64,000 nt of DNA from Cyanophora paradoxa CCMP329 (lineage: Eukaryota > Plantae > Glaucophyta): positions 1-64,000 of the forward strand of contig QPMI01000289.1 of NCBI GenBank assembly GCA_004431415.1, written 5' to 3'. How positions within the stretch are numbered: position 1 is the stretch's first letter; each line of letters opens with the position of its first letter. This document shows, piece by piece, positions 39,020-52,903 of this stretch. Under the pieces are notes generated by a model. It had not been told where the DNA came from, searched no databases, and saw only the letters and a list, made by a program, of their open reading frames with translations. Position numbers and translations under genes: made by a program.

Positions 39020-39301
39020 TGTCGGATGGGAGGATTCCCACCCGATTGGGCACCCGCGCAGTACTGCGCGGGGCCGGCTCCCTGTGCTGGAGCAGCTGTA
39101 GATGCAGGCTGGTGTATTCACTGTGTACCCGGAAGACTACTGACTCTGTACCCCTAAGACAGGTAGAGGCAGGCCAGCGTAGGCTACCGAGAGGTAAGCC
39201 TACAGGAAGAGAGACTATGCTAAGCCACTCAGGCTACGTCAGGCACCAACTAGCTCTAGTCACTAAGTCACCGCAAGGCCAGGGAATCGAGCCAGGCGAC
39301 A
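39020..39301 (-). repeat. 3' LTR (282 bp)
   Basis: TG...CA ends; matches 50977-51259 apart from a single-base indel by eye. Confidence 0.92.
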
Positions 39302-42300
39302 ACTCCTCTTCCGCTGACGTCGCGTCCGCGCGACGTAGCAAGTCAAACCGTGACTCTCGTCGGCATAACCGCAAGAGGGCGTCCCCAACTCCGCCGATGG
39401 GTGCACCGCTCGAGGGCACCGACAGGCCCCAAGACGAGGAACCTGAGCCACAGCCCGAGGACAGGAATGCAGACAGCTGCAGGCCAGGTAGAAGGCCAGG
39501 TAGCTGTAGATCGATCCAGTCCAGGTCGTACGCTGGGCATGGCTGGTGGGGGGCAAATGCGTGCATGCGGGAAAGCTCGAAAGAGAAAAGCATAAAAACT
39601 CGAAAGGTGTAAACGCTGGCCCAAACTCACTCCAAACGGCGAGGGCCGCTGGAGAGTGGCACGGATGGGAAGTTTCACCGCCTCGGGAAGAAACCAGCGA
39701 GGAGGTATTCGGGCCACCCATCAAGCCCAACGAAAGGACAGGGCACGTCCAGGTGCCCCTACTCGCAAGCGCCCAGTCCCCCCAAGAGACTCGCACGCGC
39801 CCAGCAGGCCAACACCTGGACACTCTCCACGAGCGCCGGGCCCATGTCCCAGAAAAGTGAACGAAAGACCCAGATGGCGCCCGCGAACGGTCCCCCAACC
39901 GAATCGCGTCCCACCTCGCAAGTCAGGGTTGAGGCAAAGCTGGCAAAGAAATCTGCCCTGCGTCCGTCTCTTCTCATCTCTAGCGTCGCCCTCGGCGTCC
40001 CACACAGGAACCCTCGGCGCCGACGTATGGGGCAAGGTATAGATTTGGTTCGGGACGTTTGGTTGGGAGTAGGGTCTGCTGAGGCTCGTAGGAGGTCCGT
40101 TTCGCACGTCAAGAAGACGGGATTTGCGACTGCACATGCAGGCTTCCGATCCACAGCCAGCTGCAGCGTGCAGCTGCGTCGAGCGGAATATTTGAATCCG
40201 AGCTCAGACGGCGTTGGCGCAGCTGATGTGGATTTATGAAGCGTGCAGTCGACGTCGATGTGAGCGGCGACCTTGTATGCACTTGCACGTGCGTCTCGAG
40301 CTCGAGCTCGCGACCAGGTGCACGCGATAAAGGTACGAGCCCTTGAGCCGCACATCATCGAAGAGTAGAAATGCTTCGACGATCCCGTGACTGCGTTGGC
40401 GCTCCTGTCGAGGTCGCGCAGCTTGCAGTGCAGGGTCCAATCCGCGCGGCTCCCGGTTCTGATCGCTGGGACCACAGGGTGCACAGCTCAGCAGCTGCAC
40501 CCTCGTGGTTGGATCACGAGGCCGACGGGCGAGTTGCCGAGCTCAACGCCTCAGCTGATCGCGGGCGAGCAGCCCTTCGCGACTGTCGGTGGGAGCATGC
40601 AAGGTTGGAGCTCGTGAAGCATACGCCAGGCCGTCAAGCACGCGCTACGGCGTGATCATGAGGGCTGCAGTGTACGCGTGTACGTAGAGCCGCGGCGCGG
40701 GATTCCCTGGAGGAGGTCCGGGTCCCTTGGCGGACGTACATCAGTGTACGCTGGTACTGGCGCTGTGTGTGGCCTGGGGCGAGAGATGGGGCGAGGACCC
40801 GAGACCGAGCCCTCGCGTTCGCGACGTGCGTGACATCGCAGCGCTCAGCTGCTGGCGATGAAGCCAGGTGCCGACGCTCCAGCTAGACGCGGCCGTCAAT
40901 CGAAGGCGCGCGTGCTGGCCGCGAATCCCATCAGTCGTTCCCTCGGCCTGGTCTTCCTGGGATCCGGCCGCAGCCAGGCTCGTTGGCGAGCTTGGCGGGT
41001 CATGATCACGGGAAGGGGTTCTGCAGCGATCCGCGAGACTGCATATTCGCGGTGCCGAGACCCTCGGATTTGCGACCGATTCGCCAGCCTTCGCCGTGGG
41101 CTCGTTTCGATCGCATCCCAATACCAGGCGATCAGGCGAAGCTGACGAACGGCGAATCCTTCAGAGACTCAGATCTCTTGATCGGGGATCCGAATTCGTG
41201 TTCTGTGCGTAGCCAGACCGCGACACGGCGTGCAGTCGGCTGCTGAGATCCGATTCCGATCCTTAGGAGGCCGCATCGGTGAGTAGTGCGAGCGAGTGCA
41301 CTGGCCGTAGCTGGGCTCTCAAGCTCTGTCGAAACAGCACTTGCCAGTCCGTTCCGGACACGGTCACGGGCTGTGCACGTAACAACAGGGCCTGAGGGCC
41401 ATCAGCCCCAGTAGCATCGCCACCGATGGGTTTCCGAGGCGGAATGTGGTTCGCCAACGGCGAGACCTGGATCCCGGCGAGCCGCCGCGTGAGGAGACCT
41501 CAAGGCGGTTGGCTAGGTTCGCTCGCTTGTGCTCGATCAGCCTGCAGACGGCAGCGCGCGCTGGGGCGTACTGCTCCACAGCAGGTCTAGGCGCGACGTC
41601 GACTGCATGCTCGAGTCTGATCATGATCCCGACTCCTCTTCCGCTGAAGAGGGGAAGTCGGGGCGTGGCAGGCATACGCCGATCGGGGCTCAGGCGTCGG
41701 GCCAAGAGGCAGCCTTCGGCTCGAGCGCTTGTGCGCGTACTCCTCTTCCGCTGAAGAGCGGAAGCCGTAGCACGGCAAACTGCCTCCGATGCCACTCCCT
41801 CTTCGGTTAAGCACCGTCCCCGGTGCTCCACCGTACGCGTCTTCCGCGAAAATTTGGGCACGCTGAGGCCGCTGGGCCCGGGGATCCGTGATTGGATCGG
41901 GACAGCATGGCCGTGGTGAAGAAATTCGCGAGTGTGGGTGGAAAGAACGGAGAGGCGTGATCGTACACGACCGTATCCGTCTTTCTTTCGTTGTATTCCA
42001 TGGCGTCCCGGGCCGCTTTGCTCTCGATTCGGGCTCAATCGAGCTCGAGGGGCAAGCGTGAGCCGCGGGGCCAGAGCGAGGTTGAATGGATGCTGGCTTC
42101 GATTTGAATTGAGTTGTGGGCAACTGAGCAATTGCGTCGGCCGGCCACGATTGTGCCGGTCGCGAGTCAATCGCACTGCAGTGCTCGCCGTTCGAATTTC
42201 GCGATTCGATCGGACGCCAGTCGTGTCGGGCACGAGGGCATCGAGCCTCGGAGCTTCGAGTCTCGATCGGTCGTCGATCAGCTCAAGGCCTGGGCCGAGC

Positions 42301-45300
42301 TTCCGAAACACGATTTTGCATATATAGCGCTCGGCTGTGTATGCTCGTGTCTGTTGGCCCGTGTTGCCGCTTTTCGCGGTTTTTAGGCCAGGCGCCGGGG
42401 CGCCATGCCAGCACCCAGATTTATGGGAGCGGCCTCAGTGAATGAAGCTGGTGACGGTGGGTGCGCCACTGCCGGGAATAAGATCCCGGGTCGCCACCGC
42501 CCAGCGCGAAACGAATTTGACAGCTATGTCGAACTCGTTCGCTCGCAGGAGCGCCAGCTGCATGCAGCCGGGCCCGCGTGACTTGGTACGTGCAAACGTC
42601 CGATGGTCCGGGTTGCGGGGCAGAATTTGAGAAAATCCGCGCCGCTGCTCGGGACGAGAGCCCGGCCGGCGGGTCGCCAGAGAAAATCGACGACTTTCGC
42701 CATGCTGGGCCCTCGCGAAATTTCGCGAGCCGAGAGGTACGAAATCGGCCGTGCGTGCGCGGTCCGACGGTCTGGCCTTCTCGAGCGGGCCGCGTACGCG
42801 TAGCCTACATCTCGGTTCCGAGCCGCGCGCGGCGTCGGGGCGGAATCGCGAGATCGAGGTCAACCGTCGGACTCGGGTGAGTCGCGAGAGCCGTGACCGC
42901 TTTAGTAAGCGTCAGAACCAGGCTCAGCGGCTGGTCTGAGGCTGAGGATGATGCATATGCTTGGCCGAAGGGCCGTGCAATGGCCGGGCCACTTGGCATG
43001 GCCACGCACACGTGGGCGCGAAATTAAATTGCCGCACTCTGGTGCTGCAAACTTTTCGTGGCGTCGCGAAGTGATTCGCATGCACAGATCTAGAGGGCCC
43101 GGGAAACGTCCGGCGCGAAGATTGTGCACGCGGGCGCCCTCACGTCCGCTGGCGTGCGCCGTGACGGCCTCGCCACCGCAGCAGCCGGCCACGGGCGTGC
43201 ACTGCGGCCGCCGGGCACAAGTGCGTGTGCAGGGCGCGGCTGCGCATGCCGTGGTATTGATGGCTGGGCGCCAGCCGCCGTACGTAGTGTAGCAGCACCA
43301 CAGGGATCGGCAGGTGGGCGCCGCGGCGTGCAACCGACGCGATTGGTTCCCAGCTGCAGGAGCGGGACCGGTAGCGGCCGGTTGCAGGAGCCGTGCTCGT
43401 GCATACGAGCGTCAATATCGTGCCGACGATATCATGCACGATCGCAAGCGTTCCCTTAGCGGACCGGGGGCCGGGCCCCGGTGCTCTCGAGAGAACTGAC
43501 GATAGAGCTCTCGCTCGCTGTCTCGCAGTGGGCCGTGGCGGCTTTTGAGAGAGCAGACGATGAAGCTCAGCGGCTTTTGCTCGCTGTCTCTCGTTGGCCG
43601 TGGCGGGTGTTCCGGAGTGTGAAGCCGGCAGATTCCACCAGCTAGGCTGGAACGGCTTTCCGAAAATTGGATACCGTACGCGTGGCTTGCGCACTGGCCA
43701 GCCACTAGGGCTCGCTGCCGCGCAGATCGAGAACCGTTGAACGGGCTGGGGATCATCGGATCCGGCGCCGCGCCCACGGTCCCGAATCATTGAATTCCGA
43801 ATTCGAATTGCGATGCTTTCGAATTTGGGTGCCGCAGTGCGGTACCGGTCGACAGGTTCGCTTCGCTCGGTAGCGAATTACGATTTCTGCAGCTCATGCA
43901 GTCTTCCCTGCCTCATCCTCTCTCCCACCGCGTTTTAGCGGGAGGTCGAGGCATGAACGTGCCGCAAAGCGGGTTGGGCTGAAGGCCGCGTGCGCAGGCT
44001 TGGCGGCGAGCGGCCGTGCCGAGGCCTGGGCCTGCCGCCGTGCGTTCACGTGTAAATTTCGCGGGCCGGGCTGCGAGCCCTGAAGGCTGCGCTACGGTGC
44101 GAAAAATGCCTGCAGCCAGCACCAGCTGCAGCATCGCCGGGTTTGGCGAAGTGGTGCACAGGTTCCGGCTCAGCTGCAGTGCTCGCGCGAATGTATGCCG
44201 CTGCAAATCGCGACCGTACATTCGATGGCTGGATCGGCGCTCTGTAGCACGGCGCTCCATTACAGCGCCTCATCAGCGCTCGCCGAGCGGCGTGCCGGCG
44301 TTGGCAGAGAGAGCCGGGCGCTGTTCAGCGCAGCCGATCGTCCGTTCGCGATCGTTTCGCGAGTCGGTCCGGTGCCACGGCCGTAACAGCGAGGAGCCCG
44401 AGCCGCGGGGCCGTGTGCGCAGCCTCTTTGAGAAAGCTACCGCATAAGTGCTCAGGCTTCGAATTTTTCGCGGCGCTCAGCGCGGCTGCTCAGCGGCTGC
44501 ATCCGATATCCGGTCGCGATATCGATGCATACTATGATATGCTGTGGGCCTGGCCGGGGCTGAGACCCGCGCCTGCAACACACACGTGCACGTGCACGCG
44601 GTTTATGCAAGGTAGGGCTAGCCGTTTAGTTTTGTTTAACGGTTGCAGCCTTTATTCCCGCTGGCCATGGTGGCTGCGGCTTGAATATTTGTGGCGCTCG
44701 CGATCGGTGTCCGCGTCCGCGGCCACGCGATTGCACGTGCAAAGAGTCGTGCACGGCTCGACAAGCGGCTCTGGGGCCCGCTGTACGTTGTAGCGCTGGC
44801 CCACGCGTGGGAGCCCGACAGTCGATTCCAGTCGCTAGCTTGACGCTCGCAATTGGCCTCGGTCTCCCTGGGACTCGGGAGGACGAGTCGAGCCCGTTGC
44901 GAGCTTCGATATCGATTCGCGTTTGGGCCGGGGGCCACAATCCGCGTTCTCGTAGGGGCGAGGCCCTAATTCACAGCTTTGCGACGTCCAGCGATCGAGC
45001 GTGATCGTGGATTCGCGACGCGGATATTCGCGGGGCCTAGGCTCGCCGCGAATTTCGCTGGGCTCGTGGCCGTGCCGGTTTTCGCAGGGCAGGCCGGTGC
45101 GGCCCGGTGGGGCTGGAATTCCGATGCGGGTCGCCACAGGCGCTTACGAGGAGGCCCTGGGGCGAGAGGCTCGCGAGGGGACATGCCAGGCGAGGGCTGA
45201 GGGCGGCCTGAAATTGCGACTACTCCGATCTCAGGCCTCGCAATTGCGCGGGCTCGAATGTGACGGGCCGTCCGTCAGATACGGGCTGGCCGGGCACTCC

Positions 45301-48300
45301 GAGGCTCGGAATATTCGATCGCGAATCTTTAGTCCGGTCCCGATTATCGGATTTTCGCGATATCGATATCGGACGGGCACGGCTTCCGCAGTGCCGGCCC
45401 GGCGGTGGGGACAGTCTGGCAGGAGAGAGCCGGAGCTGCGAGCCCGGGCAACCTCAGACCTCAAAAGGGCCGAGGGCCGCCTGCGATCGCGGCTGCTCCA
45501 AATCCGATCGCGAGGCTCGCGATAGTCGTTCCTTGCGATCCAAATTCGCAGGCCGGAACCCTGAATCGGGGCAACGATTGCGAATTGACGGATCTCGATT
45601 ATCAGATTCTCGCGGGTCATCGGACCCCATACGCATGGCCAGGCACGTGCACGGCAGCCACGGGCGGGCTGGAGCGCGTGCAGCGGGCTCTGGGTTTAAA
45701 TCCGAGCGAGCTAGCGTAACTTTGATCGTGAGCTCGAGCTCGCCTTGGCCAGAGGCGGCTCGGGACGACTTCGAAGCGCAGTGCCCGAGCTCCGAGGCTC
45801 GTTCACTGGCCGGGCTCGGAATTGGCGTAATTGAACCGTTCAACGGTGGGCAACGAGACCACCGTGGCACGATGTCGGCGATCGCGAGGCGCCAGCGCAT
45901 CGGGGCGCCAGGCGCATTGGACGTTTCGGCGCGGGGCGCGGGTGCCGCTGTCAGCTTCGGGCCCTGCCAGGCTGAGGGCAGGGCCTCCGGGACGCAGCCG
46001 CCAGCTGTTCGCAGGCAATTGCAAGCGCCGATCGCGGGCTAAGCCCGTCCTCTGGATTCGAGGCCAGGGACCGCAGCTACTACTGCGGGTAGCTGCAGAG
46101 GACTTCCAGGGCTCAGCGGCAAGCTGGCCGTGGACTGCGGGGCCTCGGGCCGAGGGGCGAGGGCCGTATACGCATCGGCTTGAATATTTACAGGCGTTCG
46201 CATGGCCGTGCGATCACGATCTGCGCCCACCAGCCGCCGCGGTGCGGGTGGGGGGCAGAGCCAATATGCCATGATGCCTGGGGCCGGGCCGGGTGCCTCC
46301 GCCTCTGAGAGAGGGCGAGACTCAACGGGCTCAGCGGCTCCGAGGCTCGAGTTCGAGGTCACGAGGCAGGCGGTCGCGACGTCGACGTCGACAGCGGGCC
46401 GGCGCCGTGCCGCGTGCACGGCGCTGTCGTAAGCGTGTACGTACACGTGACCAGCTTCGATCTCGAGCCGAGGGCGATCCCACGTTCACCGATCGGAGGC
46501 CGAGGCCGGGTTGGAACTTCGGAATTCGAAGTTCGAATTCAAGGCCCGCGATTTTGCGATCGGTCACCCGGGTCGGCGTAGGGCTGTGACCCGGCTTTGC
46601 AGCGCTCCTTGCTCGCAGCGGCGCGAGAGACGCTGTTCTCAGGCCTCTGGAGGCTCGTAGCGGCGCGAGATACAGGGCCGAGGCCTGGGGACCGTCGGAC
46701 CGGGTACCGCAGGCCGACCGTGAGGCACGGCATTTTGCATGCGGGAACTCGACGGATCCCGAAGTCGCAGCACGCGAGATCAGCCATGGGCTCGATCCGT
46801 GCGCTGTGATAAGCGCCCTTGGTCCGGGCGTGCTGCGCAGCTTCGCAATCGCTCCTCTGACCATGGGGCCGGGGCCCGGCCGGCTCGAACGGCAGCTCGG
46901 TGATGCGAACGGCAGCTCGGCGGTCGCGATCCCTGACCGCGAAGGCGAGGGCAACCGCGAGGGCGAGTCGCTGATCGTAATTCGATGGGGCCCGGCGGCC
47001 GAGACCGCGACCGACGGGTGTCGGCGGCCGAGACCGGAACGGCTTCGAATTTGTGCCTGGCGAAGCTCCAGACTCAGTTCATAAATTGAAACCGGGCCTT
47101 GGCACTGCCAGTCGCTCGCAGGCCTAGGGCTCAGCGGCTGTGGAGCCTCGGAGGCCTAGGCTGGGCAGCTCTGAGCCGTGGTGCACGTGCACGTGCTCGT
47201 GCACATGACTTCCGGCCCTCAGCTCGCGGCTGAGCTCGAGCTGTACCCGCTGGCCCATGGCACGTGCACGCAGCGGCAACGTTAACGGCGGGAGCCGAAC
47301 TCGCAGTGCCAGCAGGTCCTGATCATGAGAGCCGAAATCGACTCGTAACCGGATCCAGGGCTCGGAAGCGAGCTCGAGCTCGATCGCGAGGCGCCGGGCC
47401 GGGCGGGCCGCCGGGCGTTTGAGCTGGCACAGTGGCGGCTTGCTCCGAGGCTTAGTCAACCGGGGCCCAGAGCGTCGACGTCTCGCTCGAAAAGCAAGCG
47501 TGAGCTTCGGGGTCCGGCCCGGCAGATCCGGGTCTCGGCCTGACAGCTTCCAGTCCGGATCGGAGAGCCTCGGGATCCGGAGTTGAGAGCTTGCATCGAG
47601 CAGGCCATGGCCAGGCCAGGTGCTGGCTCGCAGTGAGAGGTGCGCCGCGCGGCGCCCTCAATCTTGGGCCAGGCCCGACTGCGCATGCGGGGCGTCTTGC
47701 GCTTTTTGCGACAGCTGTAGGCAGAGAGCCTCAGCAACTCGGGTCCCTTTCGAGCCTGGGGCTCGTGACGGCGTGATTACGGTTTGAGCCGCGGGCCGGA
47801 GCTCGCCTCTCGAGCTCGAATCCGCAGTTGATATCGCCGTCGGCGCTAGCGCTAGCGCTAGGCTCGAGCTCGAGCTCTCGAGGACCATGGGGCCCATGCT
47901 AGGTAGCCAGGTGAACCTCGAGCTCGGGGCCGCATGGGCCGGCTGTGCGTGAAACGCGCCACTCTCCGAGGCTCGACGAGCCTCAGAAGTGCAGGCCGGG
48001 CCTCTAGCTCCGGGCCTGGTCGGGTAGCGGCTCGAATTCGAGCATCAAGGCCTCAGGATGCCGACCGGCGCTCCCGAATGCAGCACGCAGTGCTGCGGGA
48101 AGACCGTCGGACAGGCCTAGGGGCCGGTTGCGAGGCCTGGCGGCCCTGATCCGAGCTTGAAGCTCGTGCGGGGTAAATTTCCAATTTCGCAGTCAAGGCC
48201 CCGAAGGAGCTTGCTGCGAAACCTAAACGCTCAGCCTGGCTCTCGATCGCGACTGCAGTCGAGCAGCCTGGCAGCTTCGAGGCAGGCAGTCGCAATCGCG

Positions 48301-49849
48301 ATGGGGTTCGCCGGTCGTGCGTGGGCCCGGCATCAGGGCATCAGCTCTGGCCCTCTCGAGCGTCTGGCGCGCACCCTTGAGCTCGAGCTCTGAGCTCGAG
48401 GCTAGGGGCTCTAGCCGCCGGTCGCAAAGCCGGCTGGTAGCTCGATATGCGGTTCAGCACTAGCGGATTCCAAAGCGGCGATAGCGGCCGGATTGGAGCC
48501 GGATGCCAGTTGCAATCAGCCGGGGCCGACATTAGAGCTTAGCTCTGCGGCCCAAATTACAGCTGGAGCCGGAAGCCGGAAGTGGGCCCAAATTACAGCT
48601 GGCCGCTGGGCGTTCGAGGCGGCCGATGCCGCCCGACCCAGAGCTTACTTAGTGGAACTCAGTGTCCGGTGCCATGTGCATGGCGCCGGCCATGGGCTGG
48701 CCTGGCACGGCAGACCCCGGAACTCCGGCTTCGAATTCCACCCGATGCGGATATCGATCGGGAGTCAGCCGGTCCTCGGGATCGGCCGGCGAGCGCCAGT
48801 GGCGCGTGTTGTACTCGTCCCAGGGCTGCCACCTCAGGGCAGGGTCGCGGGGAAAGATCTCGTCAGGGTGCAGGGGCCGCGGCTCGGCGAACCCTCGAGC
48901 GCCCCACCGACGAGGTCCAGTCTCTGAGCGCTTTGGGACTTCCTCGGCAAGCGCGAGGGGAAAGTCGTTGGCGTCACAGGCGTCCGGCGGGGCGGGCCCA
49001 CCAGGCGGCGACTCGTCGCCGGCCTTGCCCGGAGCGTCCCCGGCCGGGGTCGTCGGGCATCCCCTCGTCAGAGGGAATTTCGCGCTCCTCAGCGGCGGGG
49101 GCCCGGCCGGGCCCGGCTCTCGTTGCTTCGGAGCTTGAGGCGGCGGGGCTGGCCCAGGCACCGTCGGCGAGAGAAGGTGTCACGGTGTGCCAGGTACCGG
49201 CTAGCTGCAGCTGCCGCAAGCTTGAGCTCGAGGCAGACGGCTAGCGCATAGCTAGTGCACAGCGGAATGCGAAAGATAAAGCGGCTCGAGCCCCTGAGGG
49301 CCGCGCTATCGATATCGATATCGCTTCGCGGCTCAAGCTCTTGATCATGAAGTGAGCTCGAGACCGCGTCTCATAGCTAGGCCTTCAGCTTATAATTGAT
49401 CAAGCTTGAGCCTTGCGTCGACGTTCGATGTGTGTGCCGCTGGCGCCGAGTGCATCACCGTCACCGCGGCGTTGCGTCGGATCCGAGGCCATGGCCAGCG
49501 TGCAGGCGCTCATGATCATGATCAAGAGTTGAGGCCGAGAGAAGCATCAGCCGAGGGAAGGCTAATGCTCTCAAGCTCGAGATCTTGGCCATGGCGGGGC
49601 AAGAGGGCCCTGCCTGCAGGCAAGGCAGCAGGTGGGTCCGCTCTGCAGTCGGTGCCCTTGAGCTCCAGGTCTTGAGGGCATTCTCAGGTCAAGCGACGGC
49701 GTAAAGCCACGCTAGTCCATGAGATAATGTGCCTCACTCGAGATCCGAGGCCGTCGTGGTCCACAGCAGCGGCGAGCAAGCTCGGCTGCGGCGATTCTGG
49801 AGACAGCTCGGGCGCGCACGCCTCAGCCATCGATCCGATCGCTCTTCCT

Positions 49850-50100
49850 CTCGCCCGGAAGGAACTCGGGCGCGCGGCCTCAGTTCTCAATCCGGTCCAC
49901 TCGCCGGAAGGAACTCGGGCGCGCGGCCTCAGTTCTCGATCCGGTCCACTCGAGCTTGTCCAGCACGATCGCAGCAGCCGTAGAGGGCTGGCGTCGCGGC
50001 GAGTGACTGGCGACCGACCGGGAATAGCACCCTCGGGCTCGCACGGCAGCTCGCGCAGGCGGCGTCGACGAATCCGACCGGGAATAGCACCCTCGGGTAT
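49850..50100. repeat. Short tandem duplications inside the LTR element
   Basis: CCGGAAGGAACTCGGGCGCGCGGCCTCAGTTCTC x2 and CCGACCGGGAATAGCACCCTCGGG x2. Confidence 0.75.
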
Positions 50101-50976
50101 TCGCGCGCGGGCCTGGCTTCCACAGGACTAAGTTCTGGCCGTCGTAACCGCGCTGAGCCAGAACCTCAGCCCGCGGCCGTGGGCGCCAGGCTAAGCCACG
50201 CGGCTGCCCCCATGTCTCCTCCAGATCCGCTGAAGGATCTGCGGGCGAGCGGCTCGCCTGGCTCTCTATAGCTGGCCAGCGACCGCCCGCGCTTTGTGGG
50301 GCGCGCGCGGCGCAGGCGAGGTCCGAGCCCGTACGCGTCCAGTGCCAGGATCAAATCTGCCGACCCCAGCAGATCAAATCCCAAGGGCGAGGGCCAGGCG
50401 CGCACCCCGAGGGCCGTGCGCGTGCGCTGCGCCAGCACAGGCCGTGAAGAACTCCGGCGCGAAGCGCTGGGCTCGGAGTGCAAGGCTAGCGAGAGCCAGC
50501 ACAGCCGATCGACCAGACTCATGCACGCCTCGGTCCAGGGCGAGGCTCGCCAGTCGCCGGTCGTCGTAAAGGTCTTCTTTTATCTGCTCGAGGCCGTACG
50601 CGCGGCGCTGCGCGGCGGGGCGCGCGTACGGGCATGGGCGTCGAGGTTGTCCCTCGGGGATCTGGACAAGATCTGCGGCGTCCGTCGGCGAGGGCGACGG
50701 GAGGGCGCGTCCGACCGCATTTATCGGTTCTCCAGAGCTAGTTCTACGTTTCCGGTGCGCTGACGGAGAGCCTGGCGGCTCGCTGAGGCTGATCGCTGTG
50801 TGCGTATCGATCGCACGCCGATCCGGGCCCGCCGGTGCGCGGGGGTCGCCGATCGGCACTGAAACGATGTTTCTAGAGCTACTAGCGATGCGTGCGCATC
50901 GCTGATGGTCGCCGAAGATGACGGGCTGATGCTGTCGGAGGCTGCCCACGGGCCCAGTTCCGTGAGCAGTGGCGCC

Positions 50977-51259
50977 TGTCGGATGGGAGGTATTCCCACC
51001 CGATTGGGCACCCGCGCAGTACTGCGCGGGGCCGGCTCCCTGTGCTGGAGCAGCTGTAGATGCAGGCTGGTGTATTCACTGTGTACCCGGAAGACTACTG
51101 ACTCTGTACCCCTAAGACAGGTAGAGGCAGGCCAGCGTAGGCTACCGAGAGGTAAGCCTACAGGAAGAGAGACTATGCTAAGCCACTCAGGCTACGTCAG
51201 GCACCAACTAGCTCTAGTCACTAAGTCACCGCAAGGCCAGGGAATCGAGCCAGGCGACA
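50977..51259 (-). repeat. 5' LTR (283 bp)
   Basis: TG...CA ends; direct repeat of 39020-39301. Confidence 0.92.
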
Positions 51260-52903
51260 GCGCTAGCTAGATCTAGCGTGCGCTAGCGTTAGCTAGCTGT
51301 CTGATCATGAAAGCTTGATGCAGCGCTATATATATACATAGCTAGCTAGCACCGTGGCACTATATATATATTGAAGGATCGGAGTAGTGCGCAAGCACCG
51401 CTTTATATTCTTTCAATTAAAAACGCAGCAAAAATGTTTATGCATCCGTTCCCGGTTTTTTGTATGGGCCAGTTCGCAACATTATTGGGCAGCCGCCATA
51501 GTAAAAACCGGGAAAATTCCCGGTTTTTTTGGTAACAGGTTCGATTCCGAGTAAGCCAGTTTGACTTAGCGAATTCGAGCCGTTCTTGAGCTCGATACAG
51601 TCATCCTATCCATGGAGTCTACCTCCCACACCACACATCGATCTAGTCGACGTCTCTACGTCACCTTCGCACTAACCTGCGTACCTCTATCGAACTAGCC
51701 TGCCAGCTGAGAGTGCCGCGGAGCCTGCGCGCGGGGTGATCCTCAGAAAGGGCTGCTGCTGGGCGCAAGGAATTCGAAAGAGAGGGAGGCAGAGGCATCC
51801 GAGGGGCGCAGCAGGGCGCAGGGCGATGAGCTTCGGCTGGCGGCGGTCAGCACGACAAAGAGAAGCGAGGCAGGGGCGTGGTGCCCCCAGCAGCCTCTGC
51901 CCCAGGAGGCCCCTGCACGGCCTGAGACGCCGGCGTGCCCTGCCAGGAGGAGGTGGGGGTCCGGGGGGGGGGGGGGGGGGTCCGGGGGGGGAGGAGAGGG
52001 CGGGGGAAGGGGGAGGGGGGGGGCGCACGGCGGATCCGAGCACGGCGTAGGGACCAGGGCTGCGGGGCCAGGGCCTGGACCGGAGAAGGGGCGGGCGTTG
52101 GGGAGGGCGGAGAGGGAGGCGGGGCGTGGGGGGCCCGTGGGGCGCCCGCGGTGGCGTGGCGTGCGGGCGTGGGATAGTGAGCGCGCGTCGCGGGGCGGGG
52201 CGTGAGCGTGCCGGCTGCCGTGCCCGGCCGCACCCCCGGCGGAGAAGGCGAGCGGCGCCGGCGCCGGGATCGCGATCGGAACGCCGGGTGGAGGGTAGGG
52301 ACGGCGGCGGCGCCCAGGCCGCTGCAGCGGCAGGGGCGGGGTTCGGGGCCGCCGGTGAGGAGGTAGGCGGGGTCGGGGGCGGGGCCCGAGAGAAGCGCAA
52401 GGGGTGCACCCGCCGGGGCAAGCGGGGGCGGGGCGCAGGGCGTACCCCTCGTAGCAGGCACATAGGGGTACCTGCACAACGAGGCTTGACGGGGTACGTG
52501 TTCACGATGAGGACCAACGGCGTGACGGGTGACGTGCTATGCCCAGCCGCGCCTTGGCTTGAGGACAGCCGATTCGGGCGTTATGCGAGGCTCCTCGCAA
52601 CCGGGGCCCTTAATTTCCAATAAAAGACTTGATAAAAGAATTTGATCGCCGAATTCTTTAAGGGTTTTTTGTAAGAGCCTTTCTCATGCTATGCAAGGAC
52701 CTTAATTCCGCCAGTTAAGCGGTATTGCTAATATCATAAGCGTTCCGAAATGCAAGTAAAAATTAAGCAAGTCGCAGGGCGCGACTACGTTTTGAGGAGG
52801 GCCCAGACGCACTGATTCATAGCAAGCAGGCAGAGATAGCGAACCGTTATCTGCGGCTTTCAGTCAGCGTGTTCTACCTCGAGCGTGCAGCCGGCCGGCC
52901 AGC

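Larger units (their letters stand above)
39020..51259 (-). mobile_element. 12.2-kb LTR retroelement, apparently non-autonomous (LARD-like)
   Basis: Two TGTCG...CGACA LTRs; 5-bp TSD GCACT/GCGCT, and the empty site in unit 2 reads CTATAGCGCTAGC; purine tract GCGGAAGAGGAGT on the minus strand abuts the left LTR; no RT, RNase H or integrase motifs seen. Confidence 0.88.
38364..52903. mobile_element. Array unit 1 (2.3-kb element interrupted by the LTR element)
   Basis: 38364-39019 plus 51265-52903 reconstitutes unit 2 almost exactly. Confidence 0.85.
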
